The notes under the pieces: generated by a model
Seen by the model: the letters and a program-made list of their open reading frames with translations, nothing else
The model's database searches: none
What the model was told of the DNA's origin: nothing
From: Kangiella sp.
Lineage (GTDB): Bacteria; Pseudomonadota; Gammaproteobacteria; Enterobacterales; Kangiellaceae
Assembly: GCA_026195755.1 (NCBI GenBank)
Contig: JAPHRL010000068.1
Span: forward strand, 1-48,351
Direction: 5' to 3'
Length of the DNA: 48,351 nucleotides
In this document: positions 9,740 to 19,393 of the stretch, piece after piece
How positions within the stretch are numbered: the first letter of the stretch is position 1
Layout of the letters: every line of letters begins with the position of its first letter
Made by a program: the position numbers and the translations under genes

Positions 9740-11104
9740 TTAGATAAGTCCTTCTTCATCAGGCTGACTGTTACCTTCAACATCTTCAAGTTGTTTGAGC
9801 GGCATGGTGATGGTGAAAAGGGCACCGTTTAACATGCGGCTGTCTTCCGCCCAAATCTTACCGTGGTGACGGGAAATAATACCTTTAGCAATCGCTAACC
9901 CTAAACCTGCACCTCCTGAGTCTCTATTACGGCTAAAGTCGAGACGTGTAAAGGGCTCAAAAATTCTCTTTCTTTTGCCAGGAGGAATACCAGGACCATC
10001 ATCTTCTACTTGAATATCAATAGATTCATTATATTCAGTGAGGTTGATTTGAACGGTTGAAATTGAGAAGCGGGCCGCATTTCTAACCAAGTTGATTAAA
10101 GCTCGCTCGATTAAACTTTTATCAGCATACACCATGCTTCCCGAGCTTGGTTGACTATAAATGACGAATTTTTTGTTGTTATGAATAGTTTTAACTTTGT
10201 TACACACATCCTGAGTCAGTTCCTTAATGTTGAACTCCGATAGCTGTAAAGGATGTTGGCCGTGTTTCAGGCGGGAATAACCAAGTACTTCGCGAACCAG
10301 CGCGTCAAGTTCATCCAGTGCATCATGCATATCATCCGATAGTTTTTTACGGCGAGAGTCTGAGGTTTTGTCATTAAAGAGATCCAGTGCAAAACTTAAG
10401 CGAGCCATTGGACCACGGAACTCGTGCGCAACCGCATGCATTAGATCTCGTTGGTTGTATAGGCTCTGCTGGTGCTCTTTTCGCAAATCGTTAATGTGTT
10501 CAATAAGTTTTGGTATGTTAAGGGACAGGTCTTGCATTGCGTCACTTTTTCTGTCCAGTGCAAGGCCATCAAATTGAACTTTATCAAGGGCATAGCTGGC
10601 GGGTCGCAGGTTCCTTTGGTTTAGATAGTATAGTCCGTACAAGATAGAACCATTCAAAAGAAACAAGGTAAAAGCATATACTATCCAGTCTTTTACTGTG
10701 ACATAAAAATAAGGGGCGTCATAAGGACCAAGAACCAAGATAGATTCATCATCATTCAAGATGACAAGTCCAATGGGCCCATCTTCTCCATTCATATAGA
10801 CCAGATAGCGGTTTTGTCTGAGTTCATCTTTAATATTTTTATCGAGATTTAGTTCGGACAGTTTTTCAGATGTGATTTTTGTGTCCAGTTCGTATTCGGC
10901 GCGAGCAATAGTCTGGGGTGAATGATCGTAATCGAGAATGGACAATCTGAAATTAAGTTCGCGAGCGTCGGAGGTAATACTGTCTCTGACTTCTTTTTCT
11001 CCGATATCAAATACCCAGGGGAAGTAAACGTAATAGATAAAGGTGCCGCCCAATATATTGGCAACAACTAAAATTAGCAGAGGGGCAATTATTTTGCGAA
11101 TCAT
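9740..11104 (-). CDS. Membrane sensor histidine kinase (RstB-like)
   Basis: Two TM segments; H-box AHEFRGP; N-box NLVRNA; DDGPGI; GAGLGLAI. Confidence 0.88.
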   Translation of the reverse strand: MIRKIIAPLLILVVANILGGTFIYYVYFPWVFDIGEKEVRDSITSDARELNFRLSILDYDHSPQTIARAEYELDTKITSEKLSELNLDKNIKDELRQNRYLVYMNGEDGPIGLVILNDDESILVLGPYDAPYFYVTVKDWIVYAFTLFLLNGSILYGLYYLNQRNLRPASYALDKVQFDGLALDRKSDAMQDLSLNIPKLIEHINDLRKEHQQSLYNQRDLMHAVAHEFRGPMARLSFALDLFNDKTSDSRRKKLSDDMHDALDELDALVREVLGYSRLKHGQHPLQLSEFNIKELTQDVCNKVKTIHNNKKFVIYSQPSSGSMVYADKSLIERALINLVRNAARFSISTVQINLTEYNESIDIQVEDDGPGIPPGKRKRIFEPFTRLDFSRNRDSGGAGLGLAIAKGIISRHHGKIWAEDSRMLNGALFTITMPLKQLEDVEGNSQPDEEGLI

Positions 11105-11790
11105 TTGGTCAACAAATAGCCTTCACCACGAATTGTCTTAATGATGTAAGGTAGCTTGGGATCGTCACCTAATTTTTTTCGTAGCCGAGAAATCCGCAAA
11201 TCGATACTTCGATCGGTGCCATCGTACTCAAGACGGAAGGTTTTACGGTGGAGTTCTTCTCGGCTCACCACTTCGCCAGAGCGTTCGGCTAGCAGCCATA
11301 AAAGGTTATACTCCGCAGTCGTTAGGTGAACAACTTGACCATCAGAAATCACGGTTCGGTTTTGAGGGTTGATTTTGACCTTTCCGGCATGAATAAAGTC
11401 AGTACTGTTCTCTACGGCATCAGAAACTTCTACACGCCTTAGAAGGGCGCGTAAATGGGCCAACAAAACACGTGATTTAACAGGCTTTGAAAGGTAGTCA
11501 TCAGCGCCAGTTTCAAGCCCAGCAACTTCGTCGATATCGTCGCTCATAGAGGTTAGCATTAGAATAGGGCCGCTATACTGCGGGCGTACTGTACGGCAAA
11601 CGGTTAGTCCGTCCGCACCAGGTAGCATAACGTCAAGTATGACAGCTCTAGGCTGCTGCTCTACGATAAGGTCAATAGCTTTAGTGCCGTTAGCTTCAAT
11701 TTGTACCTGATAGTCATTGCTTTCAAGGAATTCAGCTACCAGCGACGCTAGCTTGTCATCATCTTCTACAAGTAAAATAGTTTGCGACAT
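11101..11790 (-). CDS. OmpR-family response regulator (RstA-like)
   Basis: LVEDD, LDVMLP, GADDY and SKP; winged helix DRSIDLRISRLRKKLGD, KTIRGEGY. Confidence 0.9.
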   Translation of the reverse strand: MSQTILLVEDDDKLASLVAEFLESNDYQVQIEANGTKAIDLIVEQQPRAVILDVMLPGADGLTVCRTVRPQYSGPILMLTSMSDDIDEVAGLETGADDYLSKPVKSRVLLAHLRALLRRVEVSDAVENSTDFIHAGKVKINPQNRTVISDGQVVHLTTAEYNLLWLLAERSGEVVSREELHRKTFRLEYDGTDRSIDLRISRLRKKLGDDPKLPYIIKTIRGEGYLLTK

Positions 11791-12097
11791 TATTAATAGT
11801 TTTTCGGAGTAGACCCAACAAAAGTAGGCATTAAATTGCCTGATTTAGTCTGTCAGGTCAATGCTTTACCCAAAATATCTAAAGTATTTTTAGATTTCTA
11901 TGTTTGGATAATAGCATATTTTGCTTCCACATATTGGGACTCGGTATAAATGACATTAAAAATCAAAGGCTTGGTTAATTATTGTCATAATTGCATTTAA
12001 CTGCTAATCTCTTACAGTATGAACTGTGTCATAAAATTTAACATTATAGACACGTCATTTGGCTTATAAACTTTTCACGCATTACGGCTGTATACTC

Positions 12098-13324
12098 ATG
12101 AAAAAAGTAACATTATTCTTATCTGCGCTATTATTGGTTGTGCTTTCTGGTGTTTCTGGTATTGCAAAAGCTGCTGAGCAGGTGAACGTTAAAGGTTCTA
12201 ATCTGCAATTGAATGGCATAGCTATTCACAGTGAATTGCGTCAGGAATGGTTCCTTAATGGTTTATATTTGAGCAATAAATCAGATGATCCTGAACAGAT
12301 CTTAAATTCTCCTATGATTAAGAGAATGCAAATCAAGGTATTGGCTGATGAATTGCCAGGACGTCGCTTGAAGCGCTTTTGGATAGAACGAATTAAGAAT
12401 AATAATGAGGCTGCTTTAGTGTTAGAAAACGCTAAAGGGGTGCGAGACTTGGCGGATGCGCTAGGTCAAGACTTAAAGGCTGGTGATACTATTAATATCG
12501 ACTATGTGCCGGGCGAAGGTACAGTGGTTCAAATTAATGGTGCAGTGGTGAACACTGTGGACGAGGCGGTTTTCCCGCTAATGCTTAATACTTGGGTGGG
12601 TGAAAGACCACCGTCATCGGAGTTCAAAGACGCCATTTTAGGTAATCAATCAGCAGTAAATTATTCGGATCTGCTCGCCAAGTTCTCAACCATTAGTCAA
12701 TTAGCTTCTCGTGTATCTCTATTCGATCAAGCGGCTCAAGCAGCTAAAGCAGAGGAAGAGCGAAAGCAGCGCGAAGCTGAAGAACGTCGACAAGCAGAAG
12801 AGCGCCGCGCCCTGGAGCTACAACGCCAGGAAGAAGAAAGACAGCGTCAAGCTGAATTAGCTGCAGAACGTGAGCAGCAACAAGCCCAAGAACAGGTTGA
12901 ACAGCAGCCTGTGGAGGAGCCTAAGCCAGAGGTTACGCAACCGGTAGTTGAAGAGGTACCTGCTGGTCCAACCGAAGAAGAACTTGCTGCAATGAGAGTT
13001 AGCTACAACTCGTCTATTCGTTCTCACTATATTCCTTTCTTCCAATATCCAGTACAGGAGATTATGCGTCGCCACGGTAAATCAGCCCTGCTCAACCCTC
13101 GCAAGGGTCGCACCCATGGCGAAGTAACTATCCAACTGGAAGTGGATCGTGATGGTGAGCTTGTTGGTGGTAGCCTGGTTTCAAGTTCAGGAGAAAAGAT
13201 TTTGGATGATGCGGTTATGAGCGCCTTGTTTGATGCGGTTCCATATCCTGCTATGCCGGAAGAGCTGCCGGAAGAAACATTTAAGACTACATTACCTATT
13301 TCAATTCCAGCGCCACAAATGTAG
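12098..13324 (+). CDS. Exported protein with a chalcone-isomerase-like domain, a charged coiled-coil/Pro-rich linker and a TonB C-terminal domain
   Basis: Signal peptide MKKVTLF...AKA. LQLNGIA, GDTINIDYVPGEGTVVQING and WVGERPPSSEFKDAILG match the chalcone-isomerase fold; GEVTIQLEVDRDG...SSGEKILDDA...PYPAMP matches TonB_C. ATG at 12098 preferred over track start 12059. Confidence 0.75.
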   Translation: MKKVTLFLSALLLVVLSGVSGIAKAAEQVNVKGSNLQLNGIAIHSELRQEWFLNGLYLSNKSDDPEQILNSPMIKRMQIKVLADELPGRRLKRFWIERIKNNNEAALVLENAKGVRDLADALGQDLKAGDTINIDYVPGEGTVVQINGAVVNTVDEAVFPLMLNTWVGERPPSSEFKDAILGNQSAVNYSDLLAKFSTISQLASRVSLFDQAAQAAKAEEERKQREAEERRQAEERRALELQRQEEERQRQAELAAEREQQQAQEQVEQQPVEEPKPEVTQPVVEEVPAGPTEEELAAMRVSYNSSIRSHYIPFFQYPVQEIMRRHGKSALLNPRKGRTHGEVTIQLEVDRDGELVGGSLVSSSGEKILDDAVMSALFDAVPYPAMPEELPEETFKTTLPISIPAPQM

Positions 13325-13346
13325 AATCTTCTGCATTATTTATGAC

Positions 13347-13368
13347 AGGGGCCTATATGGCCCCTTTC
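13347..13368 (+). terminator. Putative terminator
   Basis: AGGGGCC-tatat-GGCCCCT-TTC. Confidence 0.6.
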
Positions 13369-13477
13369 TATTATGTTGGTCATGGTCTAGAGACCTACTT
13401 TAATTAATGATCGCTTTTCTGTTTAATAATAGCAGCTAAGTCGTATCGTTTGTTCAAATAAACCAAGGTAACAACTA

Positions 13478-14605
13478 ATGAATATCAATTGCTTATTCGA
13501 TAGTGGGAACATTGAAGTTATTGATGCTAGTGATGACACTAATGTAAAACTAGCCATTAATACTGATTCAAATTCAGAATTTAAACAGTGGTTTCACTTT
13601 CGCTTACACGGTGATATTGGAAAGACTTATCATTTTGATATTACCAACGCTAAAGATTGTTCCTATGTGGATGGCTGGAAAGATTATCAGGTTGCAGCAT
13701 CTTACGATGGGGAGTATTGGTTTAGAGTCCACACCAAATTCGATGACGAAAAGCGATTAACCTTTTCTCATCAGTTAGCACATCCCACCATTTTCTTCGC
13801 CTATTTTGAACCTTACTCTTATGAGCGCCACTTGAGCTTAGTTCAGCAGGCTCAACATTCAGAGCTTTGTCAGCATCAAATTTTAGGCCAAACAGTTGAC
13901 GGTCATGATATTGATTTACTGGTTGTTGGTGATGAAAGCCGTGCGCGGAAAATTTGGGTAACTGCACGTCAGCATCCGGGTGAGACGATGGCGGAGTGGT
14001 GCGCAGAGGGTTTGATTGAGCGCCTACTAAATGAAGATGACGCTTTATCACAAAGCTTACTGCAAGAGGCCGTTTTTTATATAGTACCGAACATGAATAT
14101 TGATGGTGGCATACGCGGTAATCTGCGCTCCAATGCAGCGGGCGCGAACTTGAATCGTGAGTGGCAAAACCCAAGTTTAGATAAAAGCCCTGAAGTTTAT
14201 CATGTGCGTAACAAGATGAAGGATACCGGCGTTGATGCATTTTTAGATTTACATGGTGATGAAGGTTTACCTTATGTTTTTGTTGCTGGCTGTGAAGGTA
14301 TTCCTAGCTATGATGAACGTATCAAGAATCTGGAGCAAGAGTTCAGTGCTATTCTTAGAGCGGTCAATCCGGATTTTCAGTCAGAGTATGGTTATGACAA
14401 AGACGAGCCGGGTAAAGCTAACTTGACAGTTGCAAATGCCTGGGTTGGTGAGGAGTTTAAGTGTTTGTCACTGACTCTGGAAATGCCTTTTAAAGATAAT
14501 GCCAATTTACCAAATAAAGAAACTGGCTGGTCAGGTGACCGTAGTTATTTGTTGGGGCAAACTCTGCTAAACCCATTGTACCAACTTGTTAAAAAATTAA
14601 GGTAG
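13478..14605 (+). CDS. M14-family zinc carboxypeptidase (cytosolic carboxypeptidase, M14D/Nna1-like)
   Basis: FDSGN, QWFHF, ARQHPGE, NLNREW, DLHGDE and LTLEMP. Confidence 0.9.
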   Translation: MNINCLFDSGNIEVIDASDDTNVKLAINTDSNSEFKQWFHFRLHGDIGKTYHFDITNAKDCSYVDGWKDYQVAASYDGEYWFRVHTKFDDEKRLTFSHQLAHPTIFFAYFEPYSYERHLSLVQQAQHSELCQHQILGQTVDGHDIDLLVVGDESRARKIWVTARQHPGETMAEWCAEGLIERLLNEDDALSQSLLQEAVFYIVPNMNIDGGIRGNLRSNAAGANLNREWQNPSLDKSPEVYHVRNKMKDTGVDAFLDLHGDEGLPYVFVAGCEGIPSYDERIKNLEQEFSAILRAVNPDFQSEYGYDKDEPGKANLTVANAWVGEEFKCLSLTLEMPFKDNANLPNKETGWSGDRSYLLGQTLLNPLYQLVKKLR

Positions 14606-14609
14606 TAGC

Positions 14610-15932
14610 ATGGCAAAGTTTTTAGTATTCGGCGCAGGCTTTGTCGCCGAACCGTTAGTTGAATATTTATTACGTCGCTCTGATAACTCGGTTACGGTAG
14701 TCAGCCATATTCTTGAGGAAGCGCAAGCTTTGGCCAAGAAGTTTCCAGGAGTAGGAGCGGTGCAAGCTGATGTAACCGATCAGGCACAAATTGAGCCATT
14801 AATTGCTGATAATGATTTAGTTGTGAGTCTGGTGCCGGCCACTCTTCATACGGTGATTGCAAAAGCTGCCATCGCACAGAAAACCAATATGGTGACTGCC
14901 AGTTATGAATCTCCCGCAATGCGAGAGCTGAAACAGGAAGCTTTAGAGGCTGGTGTCACTATCTTGAATGAAATTGGCTTAGATCCGGGTATTGATCACT
15001 TGAGTGCAATGAAAATCATCGATCAAGTCCATGCCAACAACGAAAAAGTGATTAGTTTTGTGTCCTGGTGTGGCGGTTTACCATCGCCAGAGGCTAATGA
15101 TAATCCGCTTGGATATAAGTTTTCATGGGCTCCTAAAGGTGTTTTATTAGCATTACTTAATGACGCACTATTCTTGCACAATGGTAAAGTTGAACGCGTG
15201 GTCGCAAAAGAGCTTCTTAAGTGGGCCAAGCCGTTGCAAGCTAATGGCTTAGAGCTTGAAGGTTATCCAAACCGTGACTCAACAGGCTATCAGGAAATTT
15301 ATGGCATTCCTGAGGCGCAAAATATCATCCGAGGCACATTCAGATATTCAGGTTTTTGCGAGATAATTCAAGCGGCTAAAGATCTAAACTTGCTGGATGC
15401 CGAATCAAAAGCACCGATGCGAGATACTGTGTGGAAAGATTATGTTTGCCAGATCAACGGAGTTGATAGCTTTGATGCTCTTAAATCGCGCATATCAGAG
15501 TCTGCATGGCGAGGATTAGGATGGATCGGTTGTTTCTCTGAGCAGGCTACAGGTGATTTCCCAGGTCCAATTGATGCGTTTTGTAACTTGCTGGTACAGA
15601 AGTTAAATTATCATGAAGACCAAGTTGACATGGTATTACTACAGCACAAATTCGAAATTGAAAAAGCCGATGGCAGTCGATACCACATTTCATCAACGTT
15701 GCAGGAGTTTGGGCAGGTTGATGGCTATACGGCAATGTCAAAAACAGTAGGTTATCCGGCAGCTATTGCAAGTCAGCTTATTGCTGATGGAAAGATTGAG
15801 CGCAAAGGTATTATCTTGCCTATGACCAAGGATATTTATCATCCAATTCTTGAGTTGTTGGAAAAAGAAAGTATTGTCTGTGAAGAAGATGTCAGGGAAA
15901 TGAACCCTAACTTTTTAAGTGAGCTTAATTAG
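14610..15932 (+). CDS. Saccharopine dehydrogenase (L-glutamate-forming, Lys9/SDH type)
   Basis: GAGFVA Rossmann motif; NEIGLDPGIDHL; CGGLP..EANDNPLGYKFSW; EGYPNRDS; RGTFRY; AMSKTVG. Confidence 0.88.
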   Translation: MAKFLVFGAGFVAEPLVEYLLRRSDNSVTVVSHILEEAQALAKKFPGVGAVQADVTDQAQIEPLIADNDLVVSLVPATLHTVIAKAAIAQKTNMVTASYESPAMRELKQEALEAGVTILNEIGLDPGIDHLSAMKIIDQVHANNEKVISFVSWCGGLPSPEANDNPLGYKFSWAPKGVLLALLNDALFLHNGKVERVVAKELLKWAKPLQANGLELEGYPNRDSTGYQEIYGIPEAQNIIRGTFRYSGFCEIIQAAKDLNLLDAESKAPMRDTVWKDYVCQINGVDSFDALKSRISESAWRGLGWIGCFSEQATGDFPGPIDAFCNLLVQKLNYHEDQVDMVLLQHKFEIEKADGSRYHISSTLQEFGQVDGYTAMSKTVGYPAAIASQLIADGKIERKGIILPMTKDIYHPILELLEKESIVCEEDVREMNPNFLSELN

Positions 15933-15977
15933 TCGTATCCACAGACTCTAGTTGCTTGGGGTTTAGCTTGATAAATC

Positions 15978-18155
15978 TTAAGGTTGAGTCTGTGTTGGCT
16001 TTTGCTCTTTCTCTTTCTCTGTAGCACGTAACTCATTACTCAGGAATTGTTTTATTGCTTCCTGTGTAATGAGTTCAAAATCTCTTCCTTCACTAATCTG
16101 CTCTCCCATCTCTTTATTAAGAAGTAAAACAGGTCGTTTGGAGAGCTGTACATTTTGCCATTTCGCCAGTGCTTTATAATGACTAACATTGGGCTCATTA
16201 CTATCATCAACAATCAATACCGAAGGATAGTTTTTATGGGTCAGTCGATGGTAAGGACTAACAGCTAAAAACCATTCGGTTGATGCCTGATCACTATCCA
16301 ACATGAACTCTTTCATCCAGAATGGATTCTTTGACTCCAAAAAGCTCAAATAATTAGCTTCGATATTTTTCAAAACTAACGCATTAAAGTTTTGTGGTGC
16401 GTGAATCGAAGCTTCCATGATTAAACTACCAGCAAAGCCTTCACCGTAAGCTGCAATCTTTTGTCTATTTGAGTAATTCTGATCCGCTAACCAGTCGATA
16501 GCAGCAATAATATCTTCAATAGCTCTGGCGTGTTTTTGACCTCCGACCGATTGACGCCAACTCTCTCCATAAACGCCACCGCCTCGGATATGGGCAATAG
16601 CGACGATCCCCCCTCGTTGAAGCCAATCACTGGTCAATGGGCTGTAATAAGGTGACTGGATATGGCCAAAGCCTTTATTGGTCATCAGAAGGGTGGGATT
16701 ATCGCTGTTTTTTGACAGGTCCTCATGGTACGCAATGGTTAGAGGAATGCGGCTGCCGTCCGCTGAGCGATAGAATACTGTTTCTGTAATAATGTCTGTA
16801 AGTTGATTAAGTGGTCGTAGACTTTTTGATATGGTTTTGTCGTCCAAATTTAACGAAAATATTCGAGAGGGATGATCGAAGGTATTAATAGTGATGAGCG
16901 AGCTTAGCTGCTGGTTAGGCATATATCGAGTTGGTTGAATATGCAGCTGGCTGTTGGGGGCTACACGAATCAATTGTTTAGAGTTACCATTTAGTTGGGT
17001 CAGATAGAGCCTTTGCTGGGTGTTATTGAGGTATTGCAATAACCAGCGATTGTTAATCAGCTGTGCCGAAATGAGTAGCTCATTATGCTGCGCAATCACT
17101 TCTTTCCAGTTGCGGCGGGATGGTTGCTTTAGGTTAATTGATATGATTCTCCAGCGTGGCGCCACCAGATTAGTCTGAAAATAGAAGGTATCATTGATAT
17201 TACCAATAAAATTAAGGCTAGCTCGGGTGTTTTTAGCAATATTGATTGGGGCCAGCGACTTTTCTGTGTTTTCAATCGGAATGATCCAAATTAGGTCAGA
17301 TGTATCAACCAGATGTTTAGCCGTTATTACTAAGTAGTGGTGGTCCTGAGAGAGTTTTGCAGAAACATGCCACTGTGTTGGATCTTCCATGTGCTCATTT
17401 AGATCGAACAAAATTTTACTAAAGTCAGGTCCTTTACCAAGATTCTGATAGTACACTTTGTGATTTGTTTGATAAATAAAGCGGTTAAAGCCTGATAGCC
17501 AATTAAACTCTGTCTGAAGTTGAGTCGCAGGTAGACGGTAACTATTGAACTTTTTCGCCGCTAAATCAAACAATAACCAACGAAACTGTTTTTGACGGTT
17601 TTGAGTTTGAATGGCTAGAAATCGCGCTTTGGGTGATAGCGATGTGGCGACAGCTTGCAGGCCATCTGGAAGTGTTCCCAACTCTGTTTCAATTTCTTTT
17701 ATAGTGTCATAGACAACAACTCGGCTTCGTTGATTCGTTGGATTTTCCTTAATATAAAAAAAACGGTGCAAAAATTGCTGCGGGAGACGATGGTTAAATA
17801 TTGGGTCTGTTGTATTGACTGCCTCAATACCTCGGTTTAATCCCGAAAAGTATTGGATAGAGAGTTCTGTTTGCTGTTCTATCCATGCAGTACGCTGGGG
17901 TGTTTTTTGCTCCAGCCACATGTAATGGTCATTGATTTGGACGCCATTTAAAAGATAGTCATAATCTTGTGTTGGGTTCTGTGGGAGGGAGACTTGTGCC
18001 AGAGGACGCTCATCTTGCTCCTCTTCATCCGAGCAAGAAACAAACAATAGACTCGAAAATAGCAGCATTAGGGAAAGACTCATGCGAGCTTTAACACGCT
18101 GTATCTGTGTCTTATCAGCTTGGTTGGGTTGATTTATAGCTGCGCGCGAAAGCAT
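15978..18155 (-). CDS. Prolyl oligopeptidase (S9A)-fold lipoprotein lacking the catalytic Ser motif
   Basis: Fold motifs DHYMWLE, YRSADGSRIPL and HIRGGGVYGESW; lipobox FVSC; GEGFAG in place of GGSNGG. Start probably 18155 or 18083 (track 18233). Confidence 0.75.
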   Translation of the reverse strand: MLSRAAINQPNQADKTQIQRVKARMSLSLMLLFSSLLFVSCSDEEEQDERPLAQVSLPQNPTQDYDYLLNGVQINDHYMWLEQKTPQRTAWIEQQTELSIQYFSGLNRGIEAVNTTDPIFNHRLPQQFLHRFFYIKENPTNQRSRVVVYDTIKEIETELGTLPDGLQAVATSLSPKARFLAIQTQNRQKQFRWLLFDLAAKKFNSYRLPATQLQTEFNWLSGFNRFIYQTNHKVYYQNLGKGPDFSKILFDLNEHMEDPTQWHVSAKLSQDHHYLVITAKHLVDTSDLIWIIPIENTEKSLAPINIAKNTRASLNFIGNINDTFYFQTNLVAPRWRIISINLKQPSRRNWKEVIAQHNELLISAQLINNRWLLQYLNNTQQRLYLTQLNGNSKQLIRVAPNSQLHIQPTRYMPNQQLSSLITINTFDHPSRIFSLNLDDKTISKSLRPLNQLTDIITETVFYRSADGSRIPLTIAYHEDLSKNSDNPTLLMTNKGFGHIQSPYYSPLTSDWLQRGGIVAIAHIRGGGVYGESWRQSVGGQKHARAIEDIIAAIDWLADQNYSNRQKIAAYGEGFAGSLIMEASIHAPQNFNALVLKNIEANYLSFLESKNPFWMKEFMLDSDQASTEWFLAVSPYHRLTHKNYPSVLIVDDSNEPNVSHYKALAKWQNVQLSKRPVLLLNKEMGEQISEGRDFELITQEAIKQFLSNELRATEKEKEQKPTQTQP

Positions 18156-18296
18156 AAAGTCCTTGTTAAGACCAAACAGAAGGTTGGATTGATTGTACCA
18201 ATAGGTAAATTTAATGCAAAACCAAATAGACACAAAAGGTTTATCAGTTAGATGCTAAGTGTTATATAATACCCGAACCACTCTGAAATTCCTGAT

Positions 18297-19358
18297 ATGG
18301 CGATGAATTCTACTGTAGCGCCCATTGAAATTGATGTCCCTTTCCCTAAGCCTCCTGTTGAACTTTCTGTTGATGAAAAAGAACATCATCGAAAGCTCAT
18401 TATAGAGCAGCTTAAGCAGCATAATGCGGTTTTGATTGCTCATTATTATACGGATCCTGAAATCCAGGCTTTGGCCGAGGAAACTGGCGGTTTTGTTGGT
18501 GATTCGTTAGAAATGGCCAAATTTGGCGCTCGTCACCCAGCCGATACCCTGATTATTGCAGGGGTTAAGTTTATGGGTGAAACGGCCAAAATCCTCAGCC
18601 CTGAAAAACGTGTTTTAATGCCTACTCTGGAGGCGACATGTTCTCTAGATCTAGGTTGTCCGATTGAGCAATTCAGCGAATTTTGTGATCAGTACCCAGA
18701 CCGTGAAGTGGTTGTGTATGCCAATACGTCAGCCGCTGTAAAAGCACGTGCTGATTGGGTTGTGACCTCTAGTATTGCGGTGGATGTGCTTGAGTATTTA
18801 GCCGAACAGGGAAAGAAGGTTATCTGGGGGCCTGATAAGCACCTGGGACGCTATATTCAGCAGAAAACGGGTGCCGATATGTTGTTATGGCAAGGGGCCT
18901 GTATTGTTCACGATGAGTTTAAATTGAAAGCCTTGGAGCAATCCATCGCTTTATACCCAGAAGCTGCGGTATTGGTGCATCCTGAATCGCCCCAGAATAT
19001 TGTCGACCTGGCTGATTTTGTGGGCTCTACCTCACAACTGATTAAAGCTGCTAAAGAGCTACCAAACAAACAAGTTATCGTTGCAACCGATAAAGGGATT
19101 TTCTATAAAATGCAGCAGGCAGCGCCTGAAAAAGAATTGATTATTGCACCGACAGCGGGTGAGGGAGCAACCTGCCGTAGTTGCGCCCACTGTCCCTGGA
19201 TGAAGATGAATGTCTTGCAACTTTTATCGCAAGTCTTTGAGCGTGACGACAATGAAATCTTCGTTGATCACGATTTAGCTGAAAAAGCATTGATCCCTTT
19301 ACAGAAAATGGTAAATTTTGCAAACGATATACAAGTAAATGTTAAAAGTAATATTTAA
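18297..19358 (+). CDS. nadA: Quinolinate synthase A
   Basis: AHYY, GDSLEM, ATCSLD, YANTS, CIVH, HPES, GSTS and CAHCPWM. Confidence 0.96.
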   Translation: MAMNSTVAPIEIDVPFPKPPVELSVDEKEHHRKLIIEQLKQHNAVLIAHYYTDPEIQALAEETGGFVGDSLEMAKFGARHPADTLIIAGVKFMGETAKILSPEKRVLMPTLEATCSLDLGCPIEQFSEFCDQYPDREVVVYANTSAAVKARADWVVTSSIAVDVLEYLAEQGKKVIWGPDKHLGRYIQQKTGADMLLWQGACIVHDEFKLKALEQSIALYPEAAVLVHPESPQNIVDLADFVGSTSQLIKAAKELPNKQVIVATDKGIFYKMQQAAPEKELIIAPTAGEGATCRSCAHCPWMKMNVLQLLSQVFERDDNEIFVDHDLAEKALIPLQKMVNFANDIQVNVKSNI

Positions 19359-19393
19359 CTGAGACCAAAATTAATTGAGACCAAAGGGGAATT

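Noticed and set aside
11983-12045. TGTCAT hexamers upstream of the TonB fusion, as a possible Pho box
   Set aside because: No adjacent half-site at 11-bp spacing, so the match is not convincing.
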